Of a stretch of 64,000 nt of DNA, positions 11,864 through 23,029 are shown piece after piece. The stretch lies in the NCBI RefSeq assembly GCF_006345805.1, contig NC_043011.1:11594001-11658000 (forward strand). Direction: 5' to 3'. Source of the stretch: Octopus sinensis (Eukaryota). The position numbers were made by a program, and so were the translations under genes. The first letter of the stretch is position 1; each line of letters starts with the position of its first letter. The notes beneath the pieces are model-generated. The model saw nothing but the letters and a program-made list of their open reading frames with translations. It made no database searches and had not been told where the DNA came from.

Positions 11864-12143
11864 GTATAAAAGTTTAAAAGTTTAAAAATTTAAAAATATA
11901 AATTAAAAAATTTTTAATTTTAATAATTTTAATTTTTAATTTTATATTTTATATATATATTGTATATTATATTAATTATATTTATTTTTTGTTTTTTTAT
12001 GTTTTGGTTTATGTCTATCACTGTTTGAGTAGCCTAATAGTGGTTTTATCTTTAATTTAATTTATATATATATGACCGTGTGTGTACCGTTGGCAATTTT
12101 TTTTCCTCTGTCTTCCCTTCTCTGGATCTTTCCTTCTCCTATA

Positions 12144-12176
12144 TTTCTGACGAAGAGCTCCGCTCGAAACGTTAAA
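12144..12176 (+). ncRNA. Minimal type-I hammerhead ribozyme motif in a PLE-like pLTR fragment (~12075-12270)
   Basis: ttt-CTGACGA-a-gagc tcc gctc-GAAA-cg-T-T-aaa: canonical core, extra A after A9, 4-bp stem II, palindromic ACGT in place of stem III, 3-bp stem I. Confidence 0.65.
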
Positions 12177-12265
12177 CCCTCCTTCTTTCCTGAGCGTCCA
12201 ATAATACTATACTTGTTCCATGTCCTCGCGTTGTTATGTTTTTTTGTGCTTTCATGTTTGGATTA

Positions 12266-12304
<39 letters not shown>

Positions 12305-13233
12305 GGTATTTGTATGAGCTTAAAGCTTATGGTGAACACCATGCAATGACTAAGGAAAATAGTCCAGTGAAGGGGCATATGAGCCCACGACAGAAAAAAG
12401 TAGGCTTTCCTATCATATAAATACCATTATTATTATTTGCAGGATTGTAAAACACTGGTGCTGTATAACAAAACCATTTTCACCGAAAGCATATATATAT
12501 ATATATATATGACAGGCTTCTTTCAGTTGACAAGGCTAGCCCCTTTCACTCACAGCTGAGTGGACTGCAGTACAGTACCTTGTTCAAGAACACAGCGTGC
12601 TGCTGGTAATCTACCAAATCCACTCACAAGGCTATAGTAGAAGACACTCTTTAAAGTATCGAGTTGAATTTTGTGTAGCTACCTGTTGGCAACTTTTCTC
12701 CCCCAACTCATTTTCTGGGCTCTTTTCATAGCTATAACCCATTAGAAATTTGCATTAGTTTTTGTATGAAAAAACAAAACAAAAGGAAGGGAAGGGGGCC
12801 CGTTTGTAGAGAAAATGTTAAATGTACCTGAATAAAAGAATGGTCTTTCCCTCAACTAAAAGACATGAAGAACTATGAAAGAAGGCAAATAAGTACCAGG
12901 GGTGGGGGAAAGAAGAGAGAACTAACACTCGATCCTTCTAGAACTCCCAGAATGACAACATAAACACTTGAAAGACTTTTCCTCCATTCATTTCTAAATG
13001 TCTTTCCCTCTTCTTCATTGTTAAAAGTAATGGTATGCATGTCTGTGGAGTACTCAGCTACTTGCGAGTTAATTTTTATCCTTGTGTGGTAATGAAAAGT
13101 GAAAGTGACATCCAATATTTGCTGTAGTTGATTTAACAATGAGTCTATGTATCTATGTATCAACTTTTCTTTCAATCTATGTATCTACTGTCTTTCCCAC
13201 TTCCTCTGTGTCCGCCTTCTCTCCTACTTATAA

Positions 13234-14125
13234 CACTGGTCAACAGCCAATTTTCATCAGGGATATTATATGTTGTTTTATATGTAGTTTTGTCTGCAGA
13301 TTTCAAAAATGTAATCGGTTTCCTTCTATCAGGCACAGTTTTTCTGATGAGATAAGAGAGGTATATAACTCCCATCAGCTGTATTGCTACATCTAAACGT
13401 CTGATACAGGTAAATTCTGATTTTTGTTTTATAACTATTTGTATTCATTTTGTAATTTAATGTTTTCATAATCTTTTCTTTTCATAAATTTTTCTTTCTG
13501 TTTAAGGTGCCAAGCCATCATCATCATCAAATTCTACTCAGGATGTCAAGGCATTGCAAGAACAGTCCTGATATATTTTGTCATGTCTGTGGTCCATTTA
13601 CCACCAAAGCTCAGCAATGTGCCATCACAAGTGAAATCAAGAAGATCTACCAGTTATACTTTGGCTGCTCTCTTGGGGATCAAGATAAGGGCCCCGCACA
13701 TCATCTGCTCAGCTTGTTCAAATGGACTAAGGGATTGGCTAAGTAAGGGGAAGAGAGAGCAATGCCGTTTGCAATACCTATGATATGGAGAGAGCCAAAG
13801 GATCACTTCATGGACTGTTATTTCTGCAACGTTAATGTGTGGGTTTATTGTAAAGCCCAAGCACAAGATTGTGTATCCCAACTTGGAATTGGCAAGAAGA
13901 CCAGTGCCACACAATGATGATGATCTTTCTATTCCAATACCACCAGAAAATGGCTTTCAGATGTCTAACGAAGATGTATTTCCTGAAGAAAATACTATTG
14001 CTGTGGAAGACACCAAAGTGGATGCAGATTTCATGATTGAAAATGAAGACGTACCACAGAAATTTTCTCAAGGAGAGTTAAATGATTTAGATAGAGACTT
14101 GTCATTGTCGAAGGACAAAGCTTTT
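13234..14125 (+). mobile_element. 5' part of a Chapaev(3)-like (CMC) DNA transposon, disabled transposase
   Basis: Starts taa|CACTG; possible 5' intron 13410-13506 (gt...ag). Frameshifted MSRHCKNSPDIFCHVCG...YFGCSLGDQDK / APHIICSAC / PMIWREPKDHFMDCYFC / YPNLELARRPVPH...FSQGELNDLDRDLSLSKDKA. Family name is from recalled motifs. Confidence 0.7.
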
Positions 14126-14332
14126 GATCCATGTATCAGTCTACTCTAAAAATACTGATAAACATTTAAAAACACAAAACGAACACCATCACCACTCACT
14201 GTCTCTCTCACTTCCTCTCTGTCCTCCTCTCTCCCTCTTTGCCACAAACTTCTTCCTTTGAAGTAAGTGTAACACATGCCACAGGTGTGTACAAAAACAA
14301 AAAGTTGGTGCATTGACATTATTATAATAATC

Positions 14333-14545
14333 CTTTCTACTATAGGCACAAGGCCTGAAATTTTGGGGGAGGGGACTAGCCGATTACATCAGCCCCAGTG
14401 TTTCACTGGTACTTAATTTATTGACCCTGAAAAGATGAAAGGCAAAGTTGACCTTGGTGGAATTTGAATTCAGATCATTAAGACAGACAAAATGCCACTA
14501 AGTTTTTGCTTGGCATGTTAATGACTCTACCAGCTTGCTGCCTTA
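14333..14545 (-). mobile_element. Meta-domain tRNA-SINE (family B)
   Basis: Reverse complement of tRNA A/B boxes plus gcctttcatcttttcagggtcaataaattaagtaccag. Confidence 0.75.
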
Positions 14546-14550
14546 AATAA

Positions 14551-15318
14551 TCTTACATATTAAAACTGAAAATGTCTGTGTGTGTGTGCATGTATCGGTA
14601 TGTCCTCGTTTTGTGCCAAAATGGCTTGACCGATTTTTCTTAAACTTCACACACACATTGCTTATGTGTCTGGGGAGGTTTTAAATATAAATTGATTTTG
14701 AAAAGATGCTTGGGTAAATGGCGGAGGAACAACATTTGGGCAATGGTACATGCCTTGTTATCACAAAATTACTTCCCAATGTCATTGAAGCAACGATTAT
14801 GACCATCAAGACGTCTTCATACCGCGAATTCCCCTTGTGCCTTCAGCTGCTGATTTACAGTTCACATTCTGCAGAGTGCAGTTTCCAATTAGACTCAGTT
14901 ATGCCTTGTCCATTAATAAGTCCCAGGGGCAATCACTGTCTGTTGCTGGACTTTACTTAGCCAAACCATGCTTTTCACATGGTCAACTGTACGTTGGCTG
15001 TTCAAGAGTGGGTTGTAGGAACAGTTTACATGCCTTCATCCCCCAGGGGAAAACCAAAAATGTTGTTTATAAGGAAGTTTTGTAGACTTGCTGTATTGGC
15101 ACCATATTTCAGTCCTATGTTATTGCTGTAATAATTTTTGTTGCTTTATTTTTTCACTTGATTGTTGTCATATTATTACACATGCGGTACCCTTAAAGAG
15201 GTGTTAGTCTTGCCATAAAGTGTGAAAGGTGCTTAAGGGAAGGAGGTGTTAATCGCTTTATTAGTTTCGCAGCCTTTTCGAACTAACACACCTGGTCAAT
15301 GCCAGGTACACCTGCTAG
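14551..15318 (+). mobile_element. Non-autonomous Helitron retaining Pif1 helicase C-terminus
   Basis: a|TC...CTAG|t termini; subterminal hairpin cctggtcaatgccagg (15291-15306); QFPIRLSYALSINKSQGQSLSVAGLYLAKPCFSHGQLYVGCSRVG...KTKNVVYKEVL*. Confidence 0.9.
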
Positions 15319-15919
15319 TAATAATAATAATAATAATAATGGTTTTAGATTTATTTTACGTTTGTTTTGGCAGATTTTTTATGGCTAGCTGCCTTTCCTA
15401 ACACGAACTGCCCTGAATGGACTGAGTGCTTTCCATATGAGACAAGCACAACTGAAGTTAGTTTTGGCAAGGTTTTTACTGCTGGATGCCCTTCCAGATG
15501 CCAACCACTTTATAGTGTAGACTGAATGCTTTTAACATGGCACCTGCACTGACAGGGTTACCAAGTAATGAGCAAGACAAAATCTTTTTTTTTTTTTAAC
15601 ATTTGAGAGGGGAAGGGGGAATTGGAGTAGGGTGATCTTGTGGCAGATGATGAAAGGTTATAGTGAGACAGAGAGACAGAAAGAGGTGTCTTGCTGTAGG
15701 GTAGGTACAAGGTTACCCAGCCAGAGGGAGAGAGAGAGAGATCAGGAATAAAGATAGAAACAGATGTGCTGCTGTCATGGAGATAGCTGGCTACCCAACC
15801 TGAAGGGAGCACAGGAGAAGAGAAAGAGAGGGAGACAGCAGGATAGAGATGGCAGTAGCAAAGTGTCAGGCAACTCACAAAGGACAGGGATCAGGATATA
15901 AATGGGATGGTCGAGTAAA

Positions 15920-15954
<35 letters not shown>

Positions 15955-16580
15955 TGGCAAGTGCCAGGGTATACCCTTGAGATTCAAAGGTCATAATATA
16001 AGTGGCAAGATATCACCAAAGAAGTGTGAGTAGAGAGTGGTGAAGAGGAATGCAGTGAGTGGTGAAAACCTGGATATATAGAGGTTGGGGGACTACCAGA
16101 TAGCGACGATATAGAGAAACAGAGCTGTAAGGACAGGATTGGAGAGTGAAAGGTAAGCATAGTGCATGAAGGAGAAAATGTGAGGAAGAGAAGAAATGTA
16201 GAGATGTAGTTTCGTTTGCTGGGTCAGGGTGTGTGAAAAGTTATCTTGTAACATGTGGGTGGTGGAACAGGTCAGGGGCTAGCAGATAGAAATGATACAG
16301 TGAAACAGGGCCAAGAGGACAGGATTGGAGAGTAGGAGGTAAGTATAGTGCATGAAAGAGGAAATGTGAGGAAGAGATGTAGTTTGGTTTGTTGGGGTAA
16401 GGTGTTTGTAAAGTTTGCTTGTTACGTGTAGGTGGAACACACAGCACTTCTAGAACTCAGTTTTCCTGACATGGGTGGATCTTCTCAAGCACTTCATATC
16501 ACCAGACATCATAGTCCATTGTCATTTTCTCTGTGAGGTCCAACATCCTGAGATTGGTTAATAATAATAATAATGATAAA

Positions 16581-16812
16581 GGCGGTGAGCTGGCAGAATT
16601 GCTAGCACACTGAGCGAAATGCGTAGCCGTATTTCGTCTGTCGTTATGTTCCGAGTTCAAATTCCGCCGAGGTTGACTCTGCTTTTCATCCTTTCGGTGT
16701 CGATAAATTAAGTACCAGTTATGCACTGAGGTTGATGTAATTGACTTAATCCCTTTGTCTGTCATTGTTTGTCCCCTCTGTGTTTAGCCACTTGTGGGTA
16801 GTAAAGAAATAA
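16581..16812 (+). mobile_element. Full-length Meta-domain tRNA-SINE (family B) inside (TAA)n
   Basis: ggcggtgagctggcagaa (A box), gagttcaaattcc (B box), gcttttcatcctttcggtgtcgataaattaagtaccag central domain. Confidence 0.85.
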
Positions 16813-16849
16813 ATAATAATAATGATAATAATAATAATAATAATAATAT

Positions 16850-17052
16850 ACTCAACCTGAAGAAGATTCTAACTGGGCCCCACCTGCAAGGTCATGTGCT
16901 GTTTATCTTGATATGAGATCACCATGTCACGCACACATGGTTGTGATGCATGTGCCTGGTGTACTCTTATCAGACGGGTAGTCATGATGGGTATACTGGG
17001 CTTCGTATATTTTACCCCAGTGTCACTTGGATGGCATGAACTGCTCTCTCAC
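16850..17052 (+). mobile_element. 5'-truncated copy of (TAA)n-embedded repeat D (same as 21205-21408)
   Basis: Near-identical to the 3' part of 20871-21408; both end tgctctctcactc-(AAT)n. Confidence 0.7.
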
Positions 17053-17230
17053 TCAATAATAATAATAATAATAATAAATTTGGGGGAGAGGGTTATTTGA
17101 GAGAAGTAGGACAGGTTAACATGAAAGAAAACAGTCAACAACAGTGCATTGCACCCAAAGGCAAATATGATAAGGCTATATACACTGAGTAATGCAGGAG
17201 GATGAAGACTTGTGAGTGTGAAATATTGTG

Positions 17231-17652
17231 GGATCTTTTCGGTTTGAACGGCAGTTTTGTCTAGCGGTGTCATATGAAATTGTCACCCATAATTATGACC
17301 CTAGTATCGATCTATTGCATTTCAATCTGTTTTAGGGTTAGGGTTAGTTAGGGTGGGGGGAAGGGTATCTTTTTTTCTTCACAAATGTAAATAAACCCAA
17401 TCTGTTTCTTAAACGAAGGACATATTCATACGGCACAGAATGTTTTTTTTACCTCAATAGACGTCAGTGATTGGTTGAAATTGCAGAAATTGAAGAAAAA
17501 CAACAACAAATATCTTACAAACCATAGAATTTTCTCAATAAAGCCAAGAGAAAAAGATGTTTTATAAACACATTCTACCAGTATACGAAGTTTAAAATTT
17601 TTTAGTTACCTAGAAATTATGTTAAAAACTGCCGTTCAAACCGAAAAGATCC
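17231..17652. mobile_element. TTAGGG-containing MITE (Merlin-like)
   Basis: TIRs ggatcttttcggtttgaacggcagtttt; perfect 8-bp TSD atattgtg (17223-17230, 17653-17660). Confidence 0.9.
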
Positions 17653-17699
17653 ATATTGTGTAGCTGGTGAATTCAGGTGTTTAGATTTTTATTTGGCCA

Positions 17700-18993
17700 G
17701 TAGTAGAGAAGAAACTTTTAAAGTATGTTGCCAAAAGCAGTGGTATATGCATTGAAACTACTGAAAGTAAAGAAACAGGTTGCTAAGCTAAGAAAATGAG
17801 CATGTAGGAGAGTATGGAATTACATGGTGAATTCGAAAGACAAATGAAAGACAATTCGAAAGACAAGTAAAGGTAGAATCATCATGGAAGTGGTCGACAA
17901 AAAGTGATCTTAAAAGAGAGGCAGAGAATTTGTAGGTGGTTGCTCAGGGTGAAGCACTAAACACAAACCCAGAAGGAAGAAATAAGTGTAGGTTATGTGG
18001 AAAGTAGGCAGAAAGTGTGAAACACATTGTGAGTGCCTGTGGCATGCTTATGCAGAGAGAGTATAAAAAGCGTATAATGAAGGCACATGGGTTAGTGGTT
18101 CATGATTGTATGGCCACGACCATGATTTCCATTGGTCTGTTGTATCCTTGAGCAAGGCACTTTATTTTACGTTGCTCCAGTTCATTCAACTGGCAAAAGT
18201 GAATAGTATCTGTATTTCAAAAGGGCCAGCCTTGTCACATTCTATCATCATCGTTTAACGTCCGTTTTCCGCGCTAGCACGGGTTGGACGGTTTGACCGG
18301 GGTCTGGGAAGCCAGGGGCTGCTCCAAGCTCCAGTCTGATCTGGCAGAGTTTCTACGGCTGGATGCCCTTCCTAACGCCAACCACTCCACGAGTGTAGTG
18401 GGTGCTTTTTACATGCCACCTGCACAGGTGCCAGGGGGTGTCCGGCATCGGCCATGATCGGTTGGAGCTTTTAACGTGCCAGCGGCACGGAAGCCAGCCA
18501 AGGCGGCGCTGGCAATGTTCGGATGGTGCTTTTTATGTGCCACCGGCACAGAAGCCAGTCAGGGCGGCACTGGCATCGGCCACATTCGGATGGTGCTTTT
18601 TATGTGCCCACATTGAATCTCTCTGAGAACTATGTTAAGAACATGTGTGTCTGTAGAGTGCTCAGCCACTTGCACATTAATTTCACAAGCTAGCTGTTCT
18701 GTTGATTGGATCAACAGAAACCCTCAATGTTGTGACGGAATGCCATAAAAGGTGTCATGAATAAAGAGTGCTTACATTGCCACTTTGTGCAAGAAATACG
18801 GGTTTCCAACCACTGAGAAATGGTATCAGTACAAACCAAAGAAGATCCTAAAAAACTAAATAGTGAAACTCCTGTGGGACTTTACAGTCCAAACAGATAG
18901 AATCCTTGAACATACAAGACTGGACATAACTTTGGTGGAGAAAGGTACTGTAAGGTACTGATGTGCTAACAATTCTGCCAGATCGCTGCCCCG

Positions 18994-19037
<44 letters not shown>

Positions 19038-19456
19038 TGGTTCAGACTTTGCCATAAGGGCAGCAATTTTGGGGGAGGGGATGAATCGATTACATTGACC
19101 CCAGTGTTCAACTGATACTTATTTTATTGACCCTGAAAGGTTGAAAGGCAAAGTCGACCTCAGTGGAATTTGAACTCAATGTAGTTTGCTCAGCAGATTA
19201 TTACATCAATGATAAAGAAAATGAGAAAATCGTAAAATATACAGACTTGACGTTAGATGTTGAGAGAATGTGGCATATGAAAAAAAGCAAGAATAGTACC
19301 AACTGTGATTGGAGCACTTGGGTTGGTGACAAAAAAAAAGCCTCTAGAAAATACCTTGATACAATTGGAGTCTGTTCCAGCATTACAACACTGCAAAAGA
19401 CGACACCTTTGGGAACAGCAAACATCCTACAGGGAATACTATCTGAGGTTACATAA
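17700..19456 (+). mobile_element. R4/Dong-like non-LTR retrotransposon C-terminal fragments (CCHC + restriction-like endonuclease), interrupted by younger insertions
   Basis: LHGEFERQ...KCRLCGK*AESVKHIVSACG; EKWYQYKP...KLLWDFTVQTDRILEH; KENEKIVKYTDL...IGALGLV...LQKTTPLGTANIL. A further fragment lies at ~21680-21950. Confidence 0.75.
18246..18608 (-). mobile_element. RTE family A 3' end with tandem units
   Basis: Family A consensus, CpG-rich (young) copy. Confidence 0.85.
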
Positions 19457-19764
19457 CTTGATAGGAGTCAATAAAAACAGTCTAGTGTTCACAAGATAAT
19501 GACTGTATGAAATGAAGGAATAAAAATAATAATGGTTTTAAAGTTTGGAAATTTTAGGGGAGTGGGTAAATCAATTACATTGACCCCCAGTGCTTAACTG
19601 GTATCTATTTCATTGACCCCCAAAAGGATGAGAGGCAAAAATCAACTCATAGCATAAAGACGGATAAAATTCTGCTAAGCATTTTACCTGGAATCCTAAT
19701 GATTCTACCAGCTCACTGCCTTACTACTACTGTTATTACTACTACTAGTGGCGTAATATTTGAC

Positions 19765-20493
19765 TTGGCAGAAACATTAGCATGCCGGGTGAATTGCTTA
19801 GCGGCATTTCGTCTGTCTTTACATTCTGAGTTCAAATTCCGCTGAGGTCGATTTTGCCTTTCATCCTTTCGGGGTCGATAAATTAAGTACCAGTTACGCA
19901 CTGGGGTCGATGTAATCGACTTAATCCGTTTGTCTTCTCTGTGTTTAACCCCTTGTGGGTAGTAAAGAAATAGGTATATCGTCTGTCTTTACATTCTGAG
20001 TTCAAATTCCGCCGTGGTCAATTTTGCCTTTGATCCTTTCGGGGTTGATAAATTATGTACCAGTTGTGTACTGGAGTCGATCTAATCGACTGGCCTCCTT
20101 CCCCAAAAAATTTTGGGCCTCGTGCCTAGGGTAGAAAAGAATATTTGAACTTGTACTTTATGTTATGGACTCCTGAAAAGATGAATAGTAACGTTGACTT
20201 CAATGAACTCAAAATGTAAACAGGTGGTAAGAATATTGCATGTTTTTTTTTGACATTCTGACAATTCTGCCAGCTCACCAACAACAATAATAGCCCTTTC
20301 TACAATAGGCACAAGACCTGAAAGTTTTGTGGAGGGGGCCAGTCGATTAGATTGACCTCCAGTGCATAACTTGTACTTAATTTTTGAACCCCATAAGGAT
20401 GAAGGGCAAAGTTGACCTCAGAACGTAGTGACAGACGGAATACTGCAAAGCATTTTGCCTGATGTGCTAACAATTCTGTCAGCTCGCTGCCCC

Positions 20494-20537
<44 letters not shown>

Positions 20538-20544
20538 TAATAAC

Positions 20545-20587
<43 letters not shown>

Positions 20588-20820
20588 GGTTCAGACTTTG
20601 CCATAAGGGCAGTAATTGTGGGGGAGGGGATGAATCGATTACATCAACCCCAGTGTTCAACTGGTACTTATTTTATTGACCCTGAAAGGTTGAAAGGCAA
20701 AGTCGACCTCAGTGGAATTTGAACTCAGAACGTAGTGACAGGTAAAATACCACTAAGCATTTCAGAAGTGTTGCAAAGCATTCCACCTGGTGTGCTAATG
20801 ATTCTGCCAGCTCACCCCCT
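19765..20820. mobile_element. Cluster of Meta-domain SINEs in both orientations with a long (TAA)n tract
   Basis: Family B copies at 19765-20100 (+) and 20290-20820 (-); (AAT)n 20494-20586. Confidence 0.75.
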
Positions 20821-20822
20821 TC

Positions 20823-20870
<48 letters not shown>

Positions 20871-21408
20871 GGCAGTGGCTCTCATGGCTTCTGATCTTAA
20901 CTGATTGGAAGTGTCATCATGTACATTGTTTTGTCTTGGTATAAAAGATGGGCTACAGCAAATATTCTGCTCAATACCACAGATTTGCTTGTCAGTTGCT
21001 TGACCTTAACCAGTTGAGCATGTCCCTTGGTGGCTGATGATATGTGCATCTCTGATCACAAGCAGAAGTAGTGGGGGAGCATCATAGCCATGTGTTGAGA
21101 GGAATTCTTTGGGGTTTGGATAATTCACCCTTGGAAACATGGGTGCTTCATTCATCATCCTTAAATAAACCTTATTCAGGGACCTTTTGAGTGGGATGGG
21201 TTACTCGACCTGAAGAAAATTCTAATTGGGCCCCCACGTGCAAGGTCATGCACTGTTTATCTTGATATGAGGTCACCACTTCATGCACATATAGTTGTGA
21301 TACATGTGCCTGGTGTACCCTTATCAGACAGGTAGTCATGATGAGTATACTGGGCTTCGTATATTTTACCCCAGTGTCACTTTGATGGCATGCACTGCTC
21401 TCTCACTC
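20871..21408 (+). mobile_element. Repeat D: probable 3' UTR of a (TAA)n-targeting non-LTR element
   Basis: Flanked by (TAA)n on both sides; a 5'-truncated second copy at 16850 shares the 3' end. Link to R4/Dong is inferred. Confidence 0.55.
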
Positions 21409-21451
<43 letters not shown>

Positions 21452-22619
21452 TCTATTGTAGGCACAAGGCCTGAAATTTTGGGGTAGGTAGTAAGTCGAT
21501 TACATCGACCTCAGTGTTTCCCTGGTACTTAATTTATCAACTCCGAAAAGATAAAGGGTAAAGTCGACCTTGAAAGAATTTCGTAGAGGCGGGCGAAATA
21601 CTAAGCATTTCATTCAGCGTGCTAACGATTTTGCCAGCTCGCCGCCTTAAATAATAATAATAAAGAAGAAGAAGAAGAAAAGACTTGACAAACTAGGGAG
21701 AATAATAGACTGGGAGTTATGTAGAAAGGTAGGATTTGACTATACTAGTAAATGGTATGAACATGAACCAAAGTTGTGAGACTTCAACATTCAGGCTGAC
21801 AGAGTAATAGAAGCTAGAAAGCCTGATTTAATATAAGCGGGGAAAGAGAATAGAAAGTGCCAGGTAATTGACTTTACAGTCCCAAATGACGAGAAAGTCA
21901 TTATGAGAGGTAGAGAGAAAATAGCAAAGTACCAGGACCTAGCCATTGTGTTACAAGTCTTTCACACAATTATTCTCTCCCCAGTTTCACCCATAAAGCA
22001 TAGGTCGACCCCCATGCTATATTAAAAGACATTCATGATGCTACTCAGTGGTGTAGAAGTCTGGACTTCACGAAAAACTGAACACCTTAAACGTTCGGCT
22101 AAACTGCATCTATATACATATATACATGCGTGTGTGAACGTGCACAATTGCTTCTTACACCCACATCAACCTTAATCTAGTAGACCCGATAATCAAAGGT
22201 AGTCGAGCGATCGCTATTCGTGTTTTTATTTTAATTTATTGTTCAATGTGGCTTAACTTTTCTGATTCGGTGGGTGTGATTTGATGGAAATTTAGACATT
22301 ACCCCATTAACCGCGAAAAACACTCCTTTGTTTATAAATATGAGTTGGGGGGGGGGGAGCATTTTTCTCTTTTTTTTTTGTGTTATCATAGGGAAAACGA
22401 CTATATTAATTTCTTGGACGTTATTTTACATTATATTCAATATGTTTAGTTATAGCTTTATACGTAATGACTCTTAATGTTTACAATCAGCCGAAAACAA
22501 AATAACCATCTATTACATATGCATAATGAAGCAAGGGAAATAAAAGTGACCTTCTAGCTTTTTTCAGATACATTATCGAGCAGGAATTGAAATCGATCTA
22601 TAGACTGTTCTCTATCATT

Positions 22620-23029
22620 CATATCGATACAAATATATGGTACTAGACGAAGAATAAATAACAAATAAAATATTTATTTCTTACACTTCTCTGACCTTTG
22701 GATATTTTAAGGAAACAGAATGTTCATTCTTTCTCAAGGGCACCAGTAACGTCAGTGCCTGATGTCCTTGAGAAATTAGCGACGTGAATTGATTAAGTTT
22801 AACGGCTTTAACTGAGAATCGAAACCACCACAAATTATGACGCATTTGAGGACACGCCTCCTTGCAGTAGTGATAATAATAACTGTGAAAGGCGTGTAAC
22901 CTTGTCATTCAACAGGAAATTATTGTTTTGAAGAAGCGCATGCGTAATAGCATTCAGATTAGAGTTTTGGGTGAAGGAAATGGGAGGGACGAAAATCTAA
23001 ACTTCCGGCAGTGGGTCAAAGAACATGGC
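22620..23029. promoter_or_regulatory. Probable CNNM promoter, possibly bidirectional
   Basis: Repeat-free, CpG-richer DNA with TATCGATA (DRE, 22622-22629), TGACGCA (22838), GCGCATGCG (NRF1-like, 22936-22944), ACTTCCGG (ETS, 23001-23008) and AACATGGC (YY1-like, over the ATG). Confidence 0.55.

Noticed and set aside
16581-16670. tRNA genes (also 45667, 55060-55128, 62430-62506)
   Set aside because: A/B boxes are present but no clean cloverleaf is evident, and each continues into a SINE body and tail.
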